A program made the position numbers and the translations under genes. The notes beneath the pieces were generated by a model. It did no database searches. It saw only the letters and a list, made by a program, of their open reading frames with translations, and was not told the origin of the DNA. Below, piece after piece: positions 1 through 13,700 of a stretch of DNA of 64,000 nucleotides. This stretch comes from Auanema rhodensis (taxonomy: Eukaryota > Animalia > Nematoda), in assembly GCA_964057225.1 (NCBI GenBank), contig OZ059897.1:10664001-10728000 (forward strand), written 5' to 3'. Position 1 is the first letter of the stretch, and every line of letters begins with the position of its first letter.

Positions 1-82
1 TGTTGTCACACAGAAATTGAAGAATCTTAGTTCATTTCAGTAACAATGAACACACTAACTTTGTTAAGTTGTTGTAATATCG

Positions 83-154
83 GCCCAAGTAGTATAGTGG
101 TTAGTACTCCACGTTGTGGCCGTGGCGACACAGGTTCGATTCCTGTCTTGGGCA
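83..154 (+). tRNA. tRNA-His(GTG), representative intact copy
   Basis: Cloverleaf: acceptor GCCCAAG/CTTGGGC, anticodon arm CCACG-TTGTGGC-CGTGG (GTG at 116-118), T arm ACAGG-TTCGATT-CCTGT, discriminator A154; no intron and no encoded CCA; G at -1 (82). Confidence 0.97.
90..143 (+). promoter_or_regulatory. Pol III internal promoter: A box (90-100) and B box (133-143), repeated in each unit
   Basis: TAGTATAGTGG and GGTTCGATTCC match the type-2 Pol III A- and B-box consensus. Confidence 0.9.
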
Positions 155-160
155 TTTTTT
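155..160 (+). terminator. Pol III oligo-dT terminator (T6, followed by GTTTT), repeated in each unit
   Basis: TTTTTT immediately after the discriminator base in every unit inspected. Confidence 0.9.
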
Positions 161-414
161 GTTTTGAAATTAAAATGCTATAAAATTATTGCTTGCTTGT
201 CATGTTAGATTTCTTTAATTTGAATACTTATTCAAGTTATAACAATTTTCGATTTAATCACGTTCAATTAACTGTATTGTTTTCAAAAATAAAGACAAAA
301 TTCAATTTCTGTTCATTGAATTAGAATTATCATGTTGTCACACAGAAATTGAAGAATCTTAGTTCATTTCAGTAACAATGAACACACTAACTTTGTTAAG
401 TTGTTGTAATATCG

Positions 415-486
415 GCCCAAGTAATATAGTGGTTAGTACTCCACGTTGTGGCCGTGGCGACACAGATTCGATTCCTGTTTTGGGCA
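415..486 (+). pseudogene. tRNA-His variant with G10A, G53A and an acceptor-stem C>T; representative of the likely defective class
   Basis: AAGTAATATAG (D stem/A box changed), CAGATTCG (B box and T-stem pair lost), TTTGGGC. Confidence 0.7.
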
Positions 487-1410
487 TTTTTTGTTTTGAA
501 ATTTAAATGCTATAAAATTATTGCTTGCTTGTCATGTTAGATTTCTTTAATTTGAATACTTATTCAAGTTATAACAATTTTCGATTTAATCACGTTCAAT
601 CAACTGTATTGTTTTCAAAAATAAAGACAAAATTCAATTTCTGTTCATTGAATTAGAATTTTCATGTTGTCACACAGAAATTGAAGAATCTTAGTTCATT
701 TCAGTAACAATGAACACACTAACTTTGTTAAGTTGTTGTAATATCGGCCCAAGTAGTATAGTGGTTAGTACTCCACGTTGTGGCCGTGGCGACACAGGTT
801 CGATTCCTGTCTTGGGCATTTTTTGTTTTGAAATTAAAATGCTATGAAATTATTGCTTGCTTGTCTTGTTAGATTTCTTTAATTTGAATACTTATTCAAG
901 TTATAACAATTTTCGATTTAATCACGTTCAATCAACTGTATTGTTTTCAAAAATAAAGACAAAATTCAATTTCTATTCATTGAATTAGAATTTTCATGTT
1001 GTCACACAGAAATTGAAGAATCTTAGTTCAATTCAGTAACAATAAACACACTAACTTTGTTAAGTTGTTGTAATATCGGCCCAAGTAATATAGTGGTTAG
1101 TACTCCACATTGTGGCCGTGGCGACACAGATTCGATTCCTGTTTTGGGCATTTTTTGTTTTGAAATTTAAATGCTATAAAATTATTGCTTGCTTGTCATG
1201 TTAGATTTCTTTAATTTGAATACTTATTCAAGTTATAACAATTTTCGATTTAATCACGTTCAATCAACTGTATTGTTCTCAAAAATAAAGACAAAATTCA
1301 ATTTCTGTTCATTGAATTAGAATTTTCATGTTGTCACACAGAAATTGAAGAATCTTTGTTCAATTCAGTAACAATGAACACACTAACTTTGTTAAGTTGT
1401 TGTAATATCG

Positions 1411-1488
1411 GCCCAAGTAATATAGTGGTTAGTACTCCACGTTGTGGCCGTGGCCGTGGCGACACAGATTCGATTCCTGTCTTGGACA
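1411..1488 (+). pseudogene. tRNA-His pseudogene with a 6-bp duplication in the anticodon arm
   Basis: GTGGCCGTGGCCGTGGC plus G10A, G53A and acceptor mismatch CTTGGAC. Confidence 0.85.
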
Positions 1489-4400
1489 TTTTTTGTTTTG
1501 AAATTAAAATGCTACAAAATTATTGCTTGCTTGTCATGTTAGATTTCTTTAATTTGAATACTTATTCAAGTTATAACAATTTTTGATTTAATCACGTTCA
1601 ATCAACTGTATTGTTTTCAAAAATATAGACAAAATTCAATTTCTGTTCATTGAATTAGAATTTTCATGTTGTCACACAGAAATTGAAGAATCTTAGTTCA
1701 ATTCAGTAACAATGAACACACTAACTTTGTTAAGTTGTTGTAATATCGGCCCAAGTAATATAGTGGTTAGTACTCCACGTTGTGGCCGTGGCGACACAGA
1801 TTCGATTCCTGTTTTGGGCATTTTTTGTTTTGAAATTTAAATGCTATAAAATTATTGCTTGCTTGTCATGTTAGATTTCTTTAATTCGAATACTTATTCA
1901 AGTTATAACAATTTTCGATTTAATCACGTTCAATCAACTGTATTGTTTTCAAAAATAAAGACAAAATTCAGTTTCTGTTCATTGAATTAGAATTTTCATG
2001 TTGTCACACAGAAATTGAAGAATCTTAGTTCAATTCAGTAACAATGAACACACTAACTTTGTTAAGTTGTTGTAATATCGGCTCAAGTAATATAGTGGTT
2101 AGTACTCCACGTTGTGGCCGTGGCGACACAGGTTCGATTCCTGTCTTGGACATTTTTTGTTTTGAAATTAAAATGCTACAAAATTATTGCTTGTTTGTCA
2201 TGTTAGATTTCTTTAATTTGAATACTTATTTAAGTTAGAACAATTTTCGATTTAATCACGTTCAATCAACTGTATTGTTTTCAAAAATAAAGACAAAATT
2301 CAATTTCTGTTCATTGAATTAGAATTTTCATGTTGTCACACAGAAATTGAAGAATCTTAGTTCATTTCAGTAACAATGAACACACTAACTTTGTTAAGTT
2401 GTTGTAATATCGGCCCAAGTAGTATAGTGGTCAGTACTTCACGTTGTGGCCGTGGCGACACAGGTTCCATTCCTGTCTTGGGCATTTTTTGTTTTGAAAT
2501 TTAAATGCTATGAAATTATTGCTTGCTTGTCATGTTAGATTTGTTTAATTTAAATACTTATTTAAGTTCCAACAATTTTTGATTAAATCACGTTCAATTA
2601 ACTGTATTGTTTTCAAAAATAAAGACAAAATTCAATTTCTGTTCATTGAATTAGAATTTTCATGTTGTCACACAGGAAATGAAGAATCTTAGTTCATTTC
2701 AGTAACAATGAACACAATAACTTTGTTTAGTTGTTGTAATACCGGCCCAAGTAGTATAGTGGTTAGTACTCCACGTTGTGGCCGTGGCGACACAGGTTCG
2801 ATTCCTGTCTTGGGCATTTTTTGTTTTGAAATTAAAATGCTATAAACATATTGCTTGCTTGTCATGTTAGATTTGTTTAATTCAAATACTTATTTAAGTT
2901 CTAACAATTTTTGATTTAATCACGTTCAATTAACAGTATTGTTTTCAAAAATAAAGACATCTTTCAATTTTTGGTCATTGATTAGAATTTTCATGTTGTC
3001 ACACAGAAATTGAAGAATCTTAGTTCATTTCAGTAACAATGAACACACTAACTTTGTTAAGTTGTTGTAATATCGGCCCAAGTAGTATAGTGGTTAGTAC
3101 TCCACGTTGTGGCCGTGGCGACACAGGTTCGATTCCTGTCTTGGGCATTTTTTGTTTTGAAATTTAAATGCTATAAAATTATTGCTTGCTTGTCATGTTT
3201 GATTTGTTTAATTCAAATACTTATTTAAGTTCTAACAATTTTTGATTTAATCACGTTCAATTAACAGTATTGTTTTCAAAAATGAAGACATCTTTCAATT
3301 TTTGGTCATTGATTAGAATTTTCATGTTGTCACACAGAAATTGAAGAATCTTAGTTCATTTCAGTAACAATGAACACACTAACTTTGTTAAGTTGTTGTA
3401 ATATCGGCCCAAGTAGTATAGTGGTTAGTACTCCACGTTGTGGCCGTGGCGACACAGGTTCGATTCCTGTCTTGGGCATTTTTTGTTTTGAAATTTAAAT
3501 GCTATAAAATTATTGCTTGCTTGTCATGTTAGATTTGTTTAATTCAAATACTTATTTAAGTTCTAACAATTTTTGATTTAATCACGTTCAATTAACTGTA
3601 TTGTTTTCAAAAATAAAGACATCTTTCAATTTCTGGTCATTGAATTAGAATTTTCATGTTGTCACCCAGGAATTGAAGATTCTTAGTTCAATTCAGTAAC
3701 AATGAACACACTAACTTTGTTAAGTTGTTGTGATATCGGCCCAAGTAATATAGTGGTTAGTACTCCACGTTGTGGCCGTGGCGACACAGATTCGATTCCT
3801 GTCTTGGGCATTTTTTGTTTTGAAATTAAAATGCTACAAAATTATTGCTTGCTTGTCATGTTAGATTTGTTTAATTCAAATACTTATTTAAGTTCGAACA
3901 ATTATCGATTTAATCACGTTCAATTAACTGTATTGTTTTCAAAAATAAAGACATCTTTCAATTTCTGGTCATTGAATTAGAATTTTCATGTTGTCACACA
4001 GAAAATGGAAAAATCTTAGTTCAATTCAGTAACAACGAACACACTAACTTTGTTAAGTTGTTGTAATATCGGCCCAAGTAATATAGTGGTTAGTACTCCA
4101 CGTTGTGGCCGTGGCGACACAGATTCGATTCCTGTTTTGGGCATTTTTTGTTTTGAAATTTAAATGCTATAAACATATTGCTTGCTTGTCATGTTAGATT
4201 TGTTTAATTCAAATACTTATTTAAGTTCTATCAATTTTCGATTTAATCACGTTCAATCAACTGTATTGTTTTCAAAAATAAAGACATCTTTCAATTTCTG
4301 GTCATTGAATTAGAATTTTCATGTTGTCACACAGAAATTGAAGAATCTTAGTTCATTTCAGTAACAATGAACACACTAACTTTGTTAAGTTGTTGTAATA

Positions 4401-7400
4401 TCGGCCCAAGTAGTATAGTGGTTAGTACTCCACGTTGTGGCCGTGGCGACACAGGTTCGATTCCTGTCTTGGGCATTTTTTGTTTTGAAATTAAAATGCT
4501 ATAAAATTATTGCTTGCTTGTCTTGTTAGATTTGTTTAATTCAAATACTTATTTAAGTTCTAACAATTTTCGATTTAATCACGTTCAATCAACTGTATTG
4601 TTTTCAAAAATAAAGACATCTTTCAATTTCTGGTCATTGAATTAGAATTTTCATGTTGTCACACAGAAATTGAAGAATCTTAGTTCATTTCAGTAACAAT
4701 GAACACACTAACTTTGTTAAGTTGTTGTAATATCGGCCCAAGTAGTATAGTGGTTAGTACTCTACGTTGTGGCCGTGGCGACACAGGTTCGATTCCTGTC
4801 TTGGGCATTTTTTGTTTTGAAATTTAAATGCTATAAACATATTGCTTGCTTGTCATGTTAGATTTCTTCAATTTGAATACTTATTCAAGTTATAACAATT
4901 TTTGATTTAATCACGTTCAATTAACTGTATTGTTTTCAAAAATAAAGACATCTTTCAATTTCTGGTCATTGAATTAGAATTTTCATGTTGTCACACAGAA
5001 ATTGAAGAATCTTAGTTCATTTCAGTAACAATGAACACACTAACTTTGTTAAGTTGTTGTAATATCGGCCCAAGTAGTATAGTGGTTAGTACTCCACGTT
5101 GTGGCCGTGGCGACACAGATTCGATTCCTGTCTTGGGCATTTTTTGTTTTGAAATTAAAGTGCTATAAACATATTGCTTGCTTGTCATTTTAGATTTGTT
5201 TAATTCAAATACTTATTTAAGTTCTATCAATTTTCGATTTAATCACGTTCAATCAACTGTATTGTTTTCAAAAATAAAGACATCTTTCAATTTTTGGTCA
5301 TTGATTAGAATTTTCATGTTGTCACACAGAAATTGAAGAATCTTAGTTCATTTCAGTAACAATGAACACACTAACTTTGTTAAGTTGTTGTAATATCGGC
5401 CCAAGTAGTATAGTGGTTAGTACTCCACGTTGTGGCCGTGGCGACACAGGTTCCATTCCTGTCTTGGGCATTTTTTGTTTTGAAATTTAAATGCTATGAA
5501 ATTATTGCTTGCTTGTCATGTTAGATTTGTTTAATTTAAATACTTATTTAAGTTCCAACAATTTTTGATTAAATCACGTTCAATTAACTGTATTGTTTTC
5601 AAAAATAAAGACAAAATTCAATTTCTGTTCATTGAATTAGAATTTTCATGTTGTCACACAGGAAATGAAGAATCTTAGTTCATTTCAGTAACAATGAACA
5701 CAATAACTTTGTTTAGTTGTTGTAATACCGGCCCAAGTAGTATAGTGGTTAGTACTCCACGTTGTGGCCGTGGCGACACAGGTTCGATTCCTGTCTTGGG
5801 CATTTTTTGTTTTGAAATTAAAATGCTATAAACATATTGCTTGCTTGTCATGTTAGATTTGTTTAATTCAAATACTTATTTAAGTTCTAACAATTTTTGA
5901 TTTAATCACGTTCAATTAACAGTATTGTTTTCAAAAATAAAGACATCTTTCAATTTTTGGTCATTGATTAGAATTTTCATGTTGTCACACAGAAATTGAA
6001 GAATCTTAGTTCATTTCAGTAACAATGAACACACTAACTTTGTTAAGTTGTTGTAATATCGGCCCAAGTAGTATAGTGGTTAGTACTCTACGTTGTGGCC
6101 GTGGCGACACAGGTTCGATTCCTGTCTTGGGCATTTTTTGTTTTGAAATTTAAATGCTATAAACATATTGCTTGCTTGTCATGTTAGATTTCTTCAATTT
6201 GAATACTTATTCAAGTTATAACAATTTTTGATTTAATCACGTTCAATTAACTGTATTGTTTTCAAAAATAAAGACATCTTTCAATTTCTGGTCATTGAAT
6301 TAGAATTTTCATGTTGTCACACAGAAATTGAAGAATCTTAGTTCATTTCAGTAACAATGAACACACTAACTTTGTTAAGTTGTTGTAATATCGGCCCAAG
6401 TAGTATAGTGGTTAGTACTCCACGTTGTGGCCGTGGCGACACAGGTTCGATTCCTGTCTTGGGCATTTTTTGTTTTGAAATTAAAATGCTATAAAATTAT
6501 TGCTTGCTTGTCATGTTAGATTTCTTTAATTTGAATACTTATTCAAGTTATAACAATTTTCGATTTAATCACGTTCAATTAACTGTATTGTTTTCAAAAA
6601 TAAAGACAAAATTCAATTTCTGTTCATTGAATTAGAATTATCATGTTGTCACACAGAAATTGAAGAATCTTAGTTCATTTCAGTAACAATGAACACACTA
6701 ACTTTGTTAAGTTGTTGTAATATCGGCCCAAGTAATATAGTGGTTAGTACTCCACGTTGTGGCCGTGGCGACACAGATTCGATTCCTGTTTTGGGCATTT
6801 TTTGTTTTGAAATTTAAATGCTATAAAATTATTGCTTGCTTGTCATGTTAGATTTCTTTAATTTGAATACTTATTCAAGTTATAACAATTTTCGATTTAA
6901 TCACGTTCAATCAACTGTATTGTTTTCAAAAATAAAGACAAAATTCAATTTCTGTTCATTGAATTAGAATTTTCATGTTGTCACACAGAAATTGAAGAAT
7001 CTTAGTTCATTTCAGTAACAATGAACACACTAACTTTGTTAAGTTGTTGTAATATCGGCCCAAGTAGTATAGTGGTTAGTACTCCACGTTGTGGCCGTGG
7101 CGACACAGGTTCGATTCCTGTCTTGGGCATTTTTTGTTTTGAAATTAAAATGCTATTAAATTATTGCTTGCTTGTCTTGTTAGATTTCTTTAATTTGAAT
7201 ACTTATTCAAGTTATAACAATTTTCGATTTAATCACGTTCAATCAACTGTATTGTTTTCAAAAATAAAGACAAAATTCAATTTCTGTTCATTGAATTAGA
7301 ATTTTCATGTTGTCACACAGAAATTGAAGAATCTTAGTTCAATTCAGTAACAATAAACACACTAACTTTGTTAAGTTGTTGTAATATCGGCCCAAGTAAT

Positions 7401-7721
7401 ATAGTGGTTAGTACTCCACATTGTGGCCGTGGCGACACAGATTCGATTCCTGTTTTGGGCATTTTTTGTTTTGAAATTTAAATGCTATAAAATTATTGCT
7501 TGCTTGTCATGTTAGATTTCTTTAATTTGAATACTTATTCAAGTTATAACAATTTTCGATTTAATCACGTTCAATCAACTGTATTGTTCTCAAAAATAAA
7601 GACAAAATTCAATTTCTGTTCATTGAATTAGAATTTTCATGTTGTCACACAGAAATTGAAGAATCTTTGTTCAATTCAGTAACAATGAACACACTAACTT
7701 TGTTAAGTTGTTGTAATATCG

Positions 7722-7799
7722 GCCCAAGTAATATAGTGGTTAGTACTCCACGTTGTGGCCGTGGCCGTGGCGACACAGATTCGATTCCTGTCTTGGACA
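7722..7799 (+). pseudogene. Second copy of the 6-bp-duplication tRNA-His pseudogene
   Basis: Same lesions as 1411-1488, 6311 bp downstream. Confidence 0.85.
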
Positions 7800-10700
7800 T
7801 TTTTTGTTTTGAAATTAAAATGCTACAAAATTATTGCTTGCTTGTCATGTTAGATTTCTTTAATTTGAATACTTATTCAAGTTATAACAATTTTTGATTT
7901 AATCACGTTCAATCAACTGTATTGTTTTCAAAAATATAGACAAAATTCAATTTCTGTTCATTGAATTAGAATTTTCATGTTGTCACACAGAAATTGAAGA
8001 ATCTTAGTTCAATTCAGTAACAATGAACACACTAACTTTGTTAAGTTGTTGTAATATCGGCCCAAGTAATATAGTGGTTAGTACTCCACGTTGTGGCCGT
8101 GGCGACACAGATTCGATTCCTGTTTTGGGCATTTTTTGTTTTGAAATTTAAATGCTATAAAATTATTGCTTGCTTGTCATGTTAGATTTCTTTAATTCGA
8201 ATACTTATTCAAGTTATAACAATTTTCGATTTAATCACGTTCAATCAACTGTATTGTTTTCAAAAATAAAGACAAAATTCAGTTTCTGTTCATTGAATTA
8301 GAATTTTCATGTTGTCACACAGAAATTGAAGAATCTTAGTTCAATTCAGTAACAATGAACACACTAACTTTGTTAAGTTGTTGTAATATCGGCTCAAGTA
8401 ATATAGTGGTTAGTACTCCACGTTGTGGCCGTGGCGACACAGGTTCGATTCCTGTCTTGGACATTTTTTGTTTTGAAATTAAAATGCTACAAAATTATTG
8501 CTTGTTTGTCATGTTAGATTTCTTTAATTTGAATACTTATTTAAGTTAGAACAATTTTCGATTTAATCACGTTCAATCAACTGTATTGTTTTCAAAAATA
8601 AAGACAAAATTCAATTTCTGTTCATTGAATTAGAATTTTCATGTTGTCACACAGGAAATGAAGAATCTTAGTTCATTTCAGTAACAATGAACACAATAAC
8701 TTTGTTTAGTTGTTGTAATACCGGCCCAAGTAGTATAGTGGTTAGTACTCCACGTTGTGGCCGTGGCGACACAGGTTCGATTCCTGTCTTGGGCATTTTT
8801 TGTTTTGAAATTAAAATGCTATAAACATATTGCTTGCTTGTCATGTTAGATTTGTTTAATTCAAATACTTATTTAAGTTCTAACAATTTTTGATTTAATC
8901 ACGTTCAATTAACAGTATTGTTTTCAAAAATAAAGACATCTTTCAATTTTTGGTCATTGATTAGAATTTTCATGTTGTCACACAGAAATTGAAGAATCTT
9001 AGTTCATTTCAGTAACAATGAACACACTAACTTTGTTAAGTTGTTGTAATATCGGCCCAAGTAGTATAGTGGTTAGTACTCCACGTTGTGGCCGTGGCGA
9101 CACAGGTTCGATTCCTGTCTTGGGCATTTTTTGTTTTGAAATTTAAATGCTATAAAATTATTGCTTGCTTGTCATGTTAGATTTGTTTAATTCAAATACT
9201 TATTTAAGTTCTAACAATTTTTGATTTAATCACGTTCAATTAACAGTATTGTTTTCAAAAATGAAGACATCTTTCAATTTTTGGTCATTGATTAGAATTT
9301 TCATGTTGTCACACAGAAATTGAAGAATCTTAGTTCATTTCAGTAACAATGAACACACTAACTTTGTTAAGTTGTTGTAATATCGGCCCAAGTAGTATAG
9401 TGGTTAGTACTCCACGTTGTGGCCGTGGCGACACAGGTTCGATTCCTGTCTTGGGCATTTTTTGTTTTGAAATTTAAATGCTATAAAATTATTGCTTGCT
9501 TGTCATGTTAGATTTGTTTAATTCAAATACTTATTTAAGTTCTAACAATTTTTGATTTAATCACGTTCAATTAACTGTATTGTTTTCAAAAATAAAGACA
9601 TCTTTCAATTTCTGGTCATTGAATTAGAATTTTCATGTTGTCACCCAGGAATTGAAGATTCTTAGTTCAATTCAGTAACAATGAACACACTAACTTTGTT
9701 AAGTTGTTGTGATATCGGCCCAAGTAATATAGTGGTTAGTACTCCACGTTGTGGCCGTGGCGACACAGATTCGATTCCTGTCTTGGGCATTTTTTGTTTT
9801 GAAATTAAAATGCTACAAAATTATTGCTTGCTTGTCATGTTAGATTTGTTTAATTCAAATACTTATTTAAGTTCGAACAATTATCGATTTAATCACGTTC
9901 AATTAACTGTATTGTTTTCAAAAATGAAGACATCTTTCAATTTCTGGTCATTGAATTAGAATTTTCATGTTGTCACACAGAAAATGGAAAAATCTTAGTT
10001 CAATTCAGTAACAACGAACACACTAACTTTGTTAAGTTGTTGTAATATCGGCCCAAGTAATATAGTGGTTAGTACTCCACGTTGTGGCCGTGGCGACACA
10101 GATTCGATTCCTGTTTTGGGCATTTTTTGTTTTGAAATTTAAATGCTATAAACATATTGCTTGCTTGTCATGTTAGATTTGTTTAATTCAAATACTTATT
10201 TAAGTTCTATCAATTTTCGATTTAATCACGTTCAATCAACTGTATTGTTTTCAAAAATAAAGACATCTTTCAATTTCTGGTCATTGAATTAGAATTTTCA
10301 TGTTGTCACACAGAAATTGAAGAATCTTAGTTCATTTCAGTAACAATGAACACACTAACTTTGTTAAGTTGTTGTAATATCGGCCCAAGTAGTATAGTGG
10401 TTAGTACTCCACGTTGTGGCCGTGGCGACACAGGTTCGATTCCTGTCTTGGGCATTTTTTGTTTTGAAATTAAAATGCTATAAAATTATTGCTTGCTTGT
10501 CTTGTTAGATTTGTTTAATTCAAATACTTATTTAAGTTCTAACAATTTTCGATTTAATCACGTTCAATCAACTGTATTGTTTTCAAAAATAAAGACATCT
10601 TTCAATTTCTGGTCATTGAATTAGAATTTTCATGTTGTCACACAGAAATTGAAGAATCTTAGTTCATTTCAGTAACAATGAACACACTAACTTTGTTAAG

Positions 10701-13700
10701 TTGTTGTAATATCGGCCCAAGTAGTATAGTGGTTAGTACTCTACGTTGTGGCCGTGGCGACACAGGTTCGATTCCTGTCTTGGGCATTTTTTGTTTTGAA
10801 ATTTAAATGCTATAAACATATTGCTTGCTTGTCATGTTAGATTTCTTCAATTTGAATACTTATTCAAGTTATAACAATTTTTGATTTAATCACGTTCAAT
10901 TAACTGTATTGTTTTCAAAAATAAAGACATCTTTCAATTTCTGGTCATTGAATTAGAATTTTCATGTTGTCACACAGAAATTGAAGAATCTTAGTTCATT
11001 TCAGTAACAATGAACACACTAACTTTGTTAAGTTGTTGTAATATCCGCCCAAGTAGTATAGTGGTTAGTACTCCACGTTGTGGCCGTGGCGACACAGATT
11101 CGATTCCTGTCTTGGGCATTTTTTGTTTTGAAATTAAAGTGCTATAAACATATTGCTTGCTTGTCATTTTAGATTTGTTTAATTCAAATACTTATTTAAG
11201 TTCTATCAATTTTCGATTTAATCACGTTCAATCAACTGTATTGTTTTCAAAAATAAAGACATCTTTCAATTTTTGGTCATTGATTAGAATTTTCATGTTG
11301 TCACACAGAAATTGAAGAATCTTAGTTCATTTCAGTAACAATGAACACACTAACTTTGTTAAGTTGTTGTAATATCGGCCCAAGTAGTATAGTGGTTAGT
11401 ACTCCACGTTGTGGCCGTGGCGACACAGGTTCGATTCCTGTCTTGGGCATTTTTTGTTTTGAAATTTAAATGCTATAAACATATTGCTTGCTTGTCATGT
11501 TAGATTTGTTTAATTCAAATACTTATTTAAGTTCTATCAATTTTCGATTTAATCACGTTCAATCAACTGTATTGTTTTCAAAAATAAAGACATCTTTCAA
11601 TTTCTGGTCATTGAATTAGAATTTTCATGTTGTCACACAGAAATTGAAGAATCTTAGTTCATTTCAGTAACAATGAACACACTAACTTTGTTAAGTTGTT
11701 GTAATATCGGCCCAAGTAGTATAGTGGTTAGTACTCCACGTTGTGGCCGTGGCGACACAGGTTCGATTCCTGTCTTGGGCATTTTTTGTTTTGAAATTAA
11801 AATGCTATAAAATTATTGCTTGCTTGTCTTGTTAGATTTGTTTAATTCAAATACTTATTTAAGTTCTAACAATTTTCGATTTGATCACGTTCAATCAACT
11901 GTATTGTTTTCAAAAATAAAGACATCTTTCAATTTCTGGTCATTGAATTAGAATTTTCATGTTGTCACACAGAAATTGAAGAATCTTAGTTCATTTCAGT
12001 AACAATGAACACACTAACTTTGTTAAGTTGTTGTAATATCGGCCCAAGTAGTATAGTGGTTAGTACTCTACGTTGTGGCCGTGGCGACACAGGTTCGATT
12101 CCTGTCTTGGGCATTTTTTGTTTTGAAATTTAAATGCTATAAACATATTGCTTGCTTGTCATGTTAGATTTCTTCAATTTGAATACTTATTCAAGTTATA
12201 ACAATTTTTGATTTAATCACGTTCAATTAACTGTATTGTTTTCAAAAATAAAGACATCTTTCAATTTCTGGTCATTGAATTAGAATTTTCATGTTGTCAC
12301 ACAGAAATTGAAGAATCTTAGTTCATTTCAGTAACAATGAACACACTAACTTTGTTAAGTTGTTGTAATATCGGCCCAAGTAGTATAGTGGTTAGTACTC
12401 CACGTTGTGGCCGTGGCGACACAGGTTCGATTCCTGTCTTGGGCATTTTTTGTTTTGAAATTTAAATGCTATAAACATATTGCTTGCTTGTCATGTTAGA
12501 TTTGTTTAATTCAAATACTTATTTAAGTTCTATCAATTTTCGATTTAATCACGTTCAATCAACTGTATTGTTTTCAAAAATAAAGACATCTTTCAATTTC
12601 TGGTCATTGAATTAGAATTTTCATGTTGTCACACAGAAATTGAAGAATCTTAGTTCATTTCAGTAACAATGAACACACTAACTTTGTTAAGTTGTTGTAA
12701 TATCGGCCCAAGTAGTATAGTGGTTAGTACTCCACGTTGTGGCCGTAGCGACACAGGTTCGATTCCTGTCTTGGGCATTTTTTGTTTTGAAATTAAAATG
12801 CTATAAAATTATTGCTTGCTTGTCTTGTTAGATTTGTTTAATTCAAATACTTATTTAAGTTCTAACAATTTTCGATTTAATCACGTTCAATCAACTGTAT
12901 TGTTTTCAAAAATAAAGACATCTTTCAATTTCTGGTCATTGAATTAGAATTTTCATGTTGTCACACAGAAATTGAAGAATCTTAGTTCATTTCAGTAACA
13001 ATGAACACACTAACTTTGTTAAGTTGTTGTAATATCGGCCCAAGTAGTATAGTGGTTAGTACTCTACGTTGTGGCCGTGGCGACACAGGTTCGATTCCTG
13101 TCTTGGGCATTTTTTGTTTTGAAATTTAAATGCTATAAACATATTGCTTGCTTGTCATGTTAGATTTCTTCAATTTGAATACTTATTCAAGTTATAACAA
13201 TTTTTGATTTAATCACGTTCAATTAACTGTATTGTTTTCAAAAATAAAGACATCTTTCAATTTCTGGTCATTGAATTAGAATTTTCATGTTGTCACACAG
13301 AAATTGAAGAATCTTAGTTCATTTCAGTAACAATGAACACACTAACTTTGTTAAGTTGTTGTAATATCGGCCCAAGTAGTATAGTGGTTAGTACTCCACG
13401 TTGTGGCCGTGGCGACACAGATTCGATTCCTGTCTTGGGCATTTTTTGTTTTGAAATTTAAATGCTATAAACATATTGCTTGCTTGTCATCTTAGATTTC
13501 TTCAATTTGAATACTTATTCAAGTTATAACAATTTTTGATTTAATCACGTTCAATAAACTGTATTGTTTTCAAAAATAAAGACATCTTTCAATTTCTGGT
13601 CATTGAATTAGAATTTTCATGTTGTCACACAGAAATTGAAGAATCTTAGTTCATTTCAGTAACAATGAACACACTAACTTTGTTAAGTTGTTGTAATATC

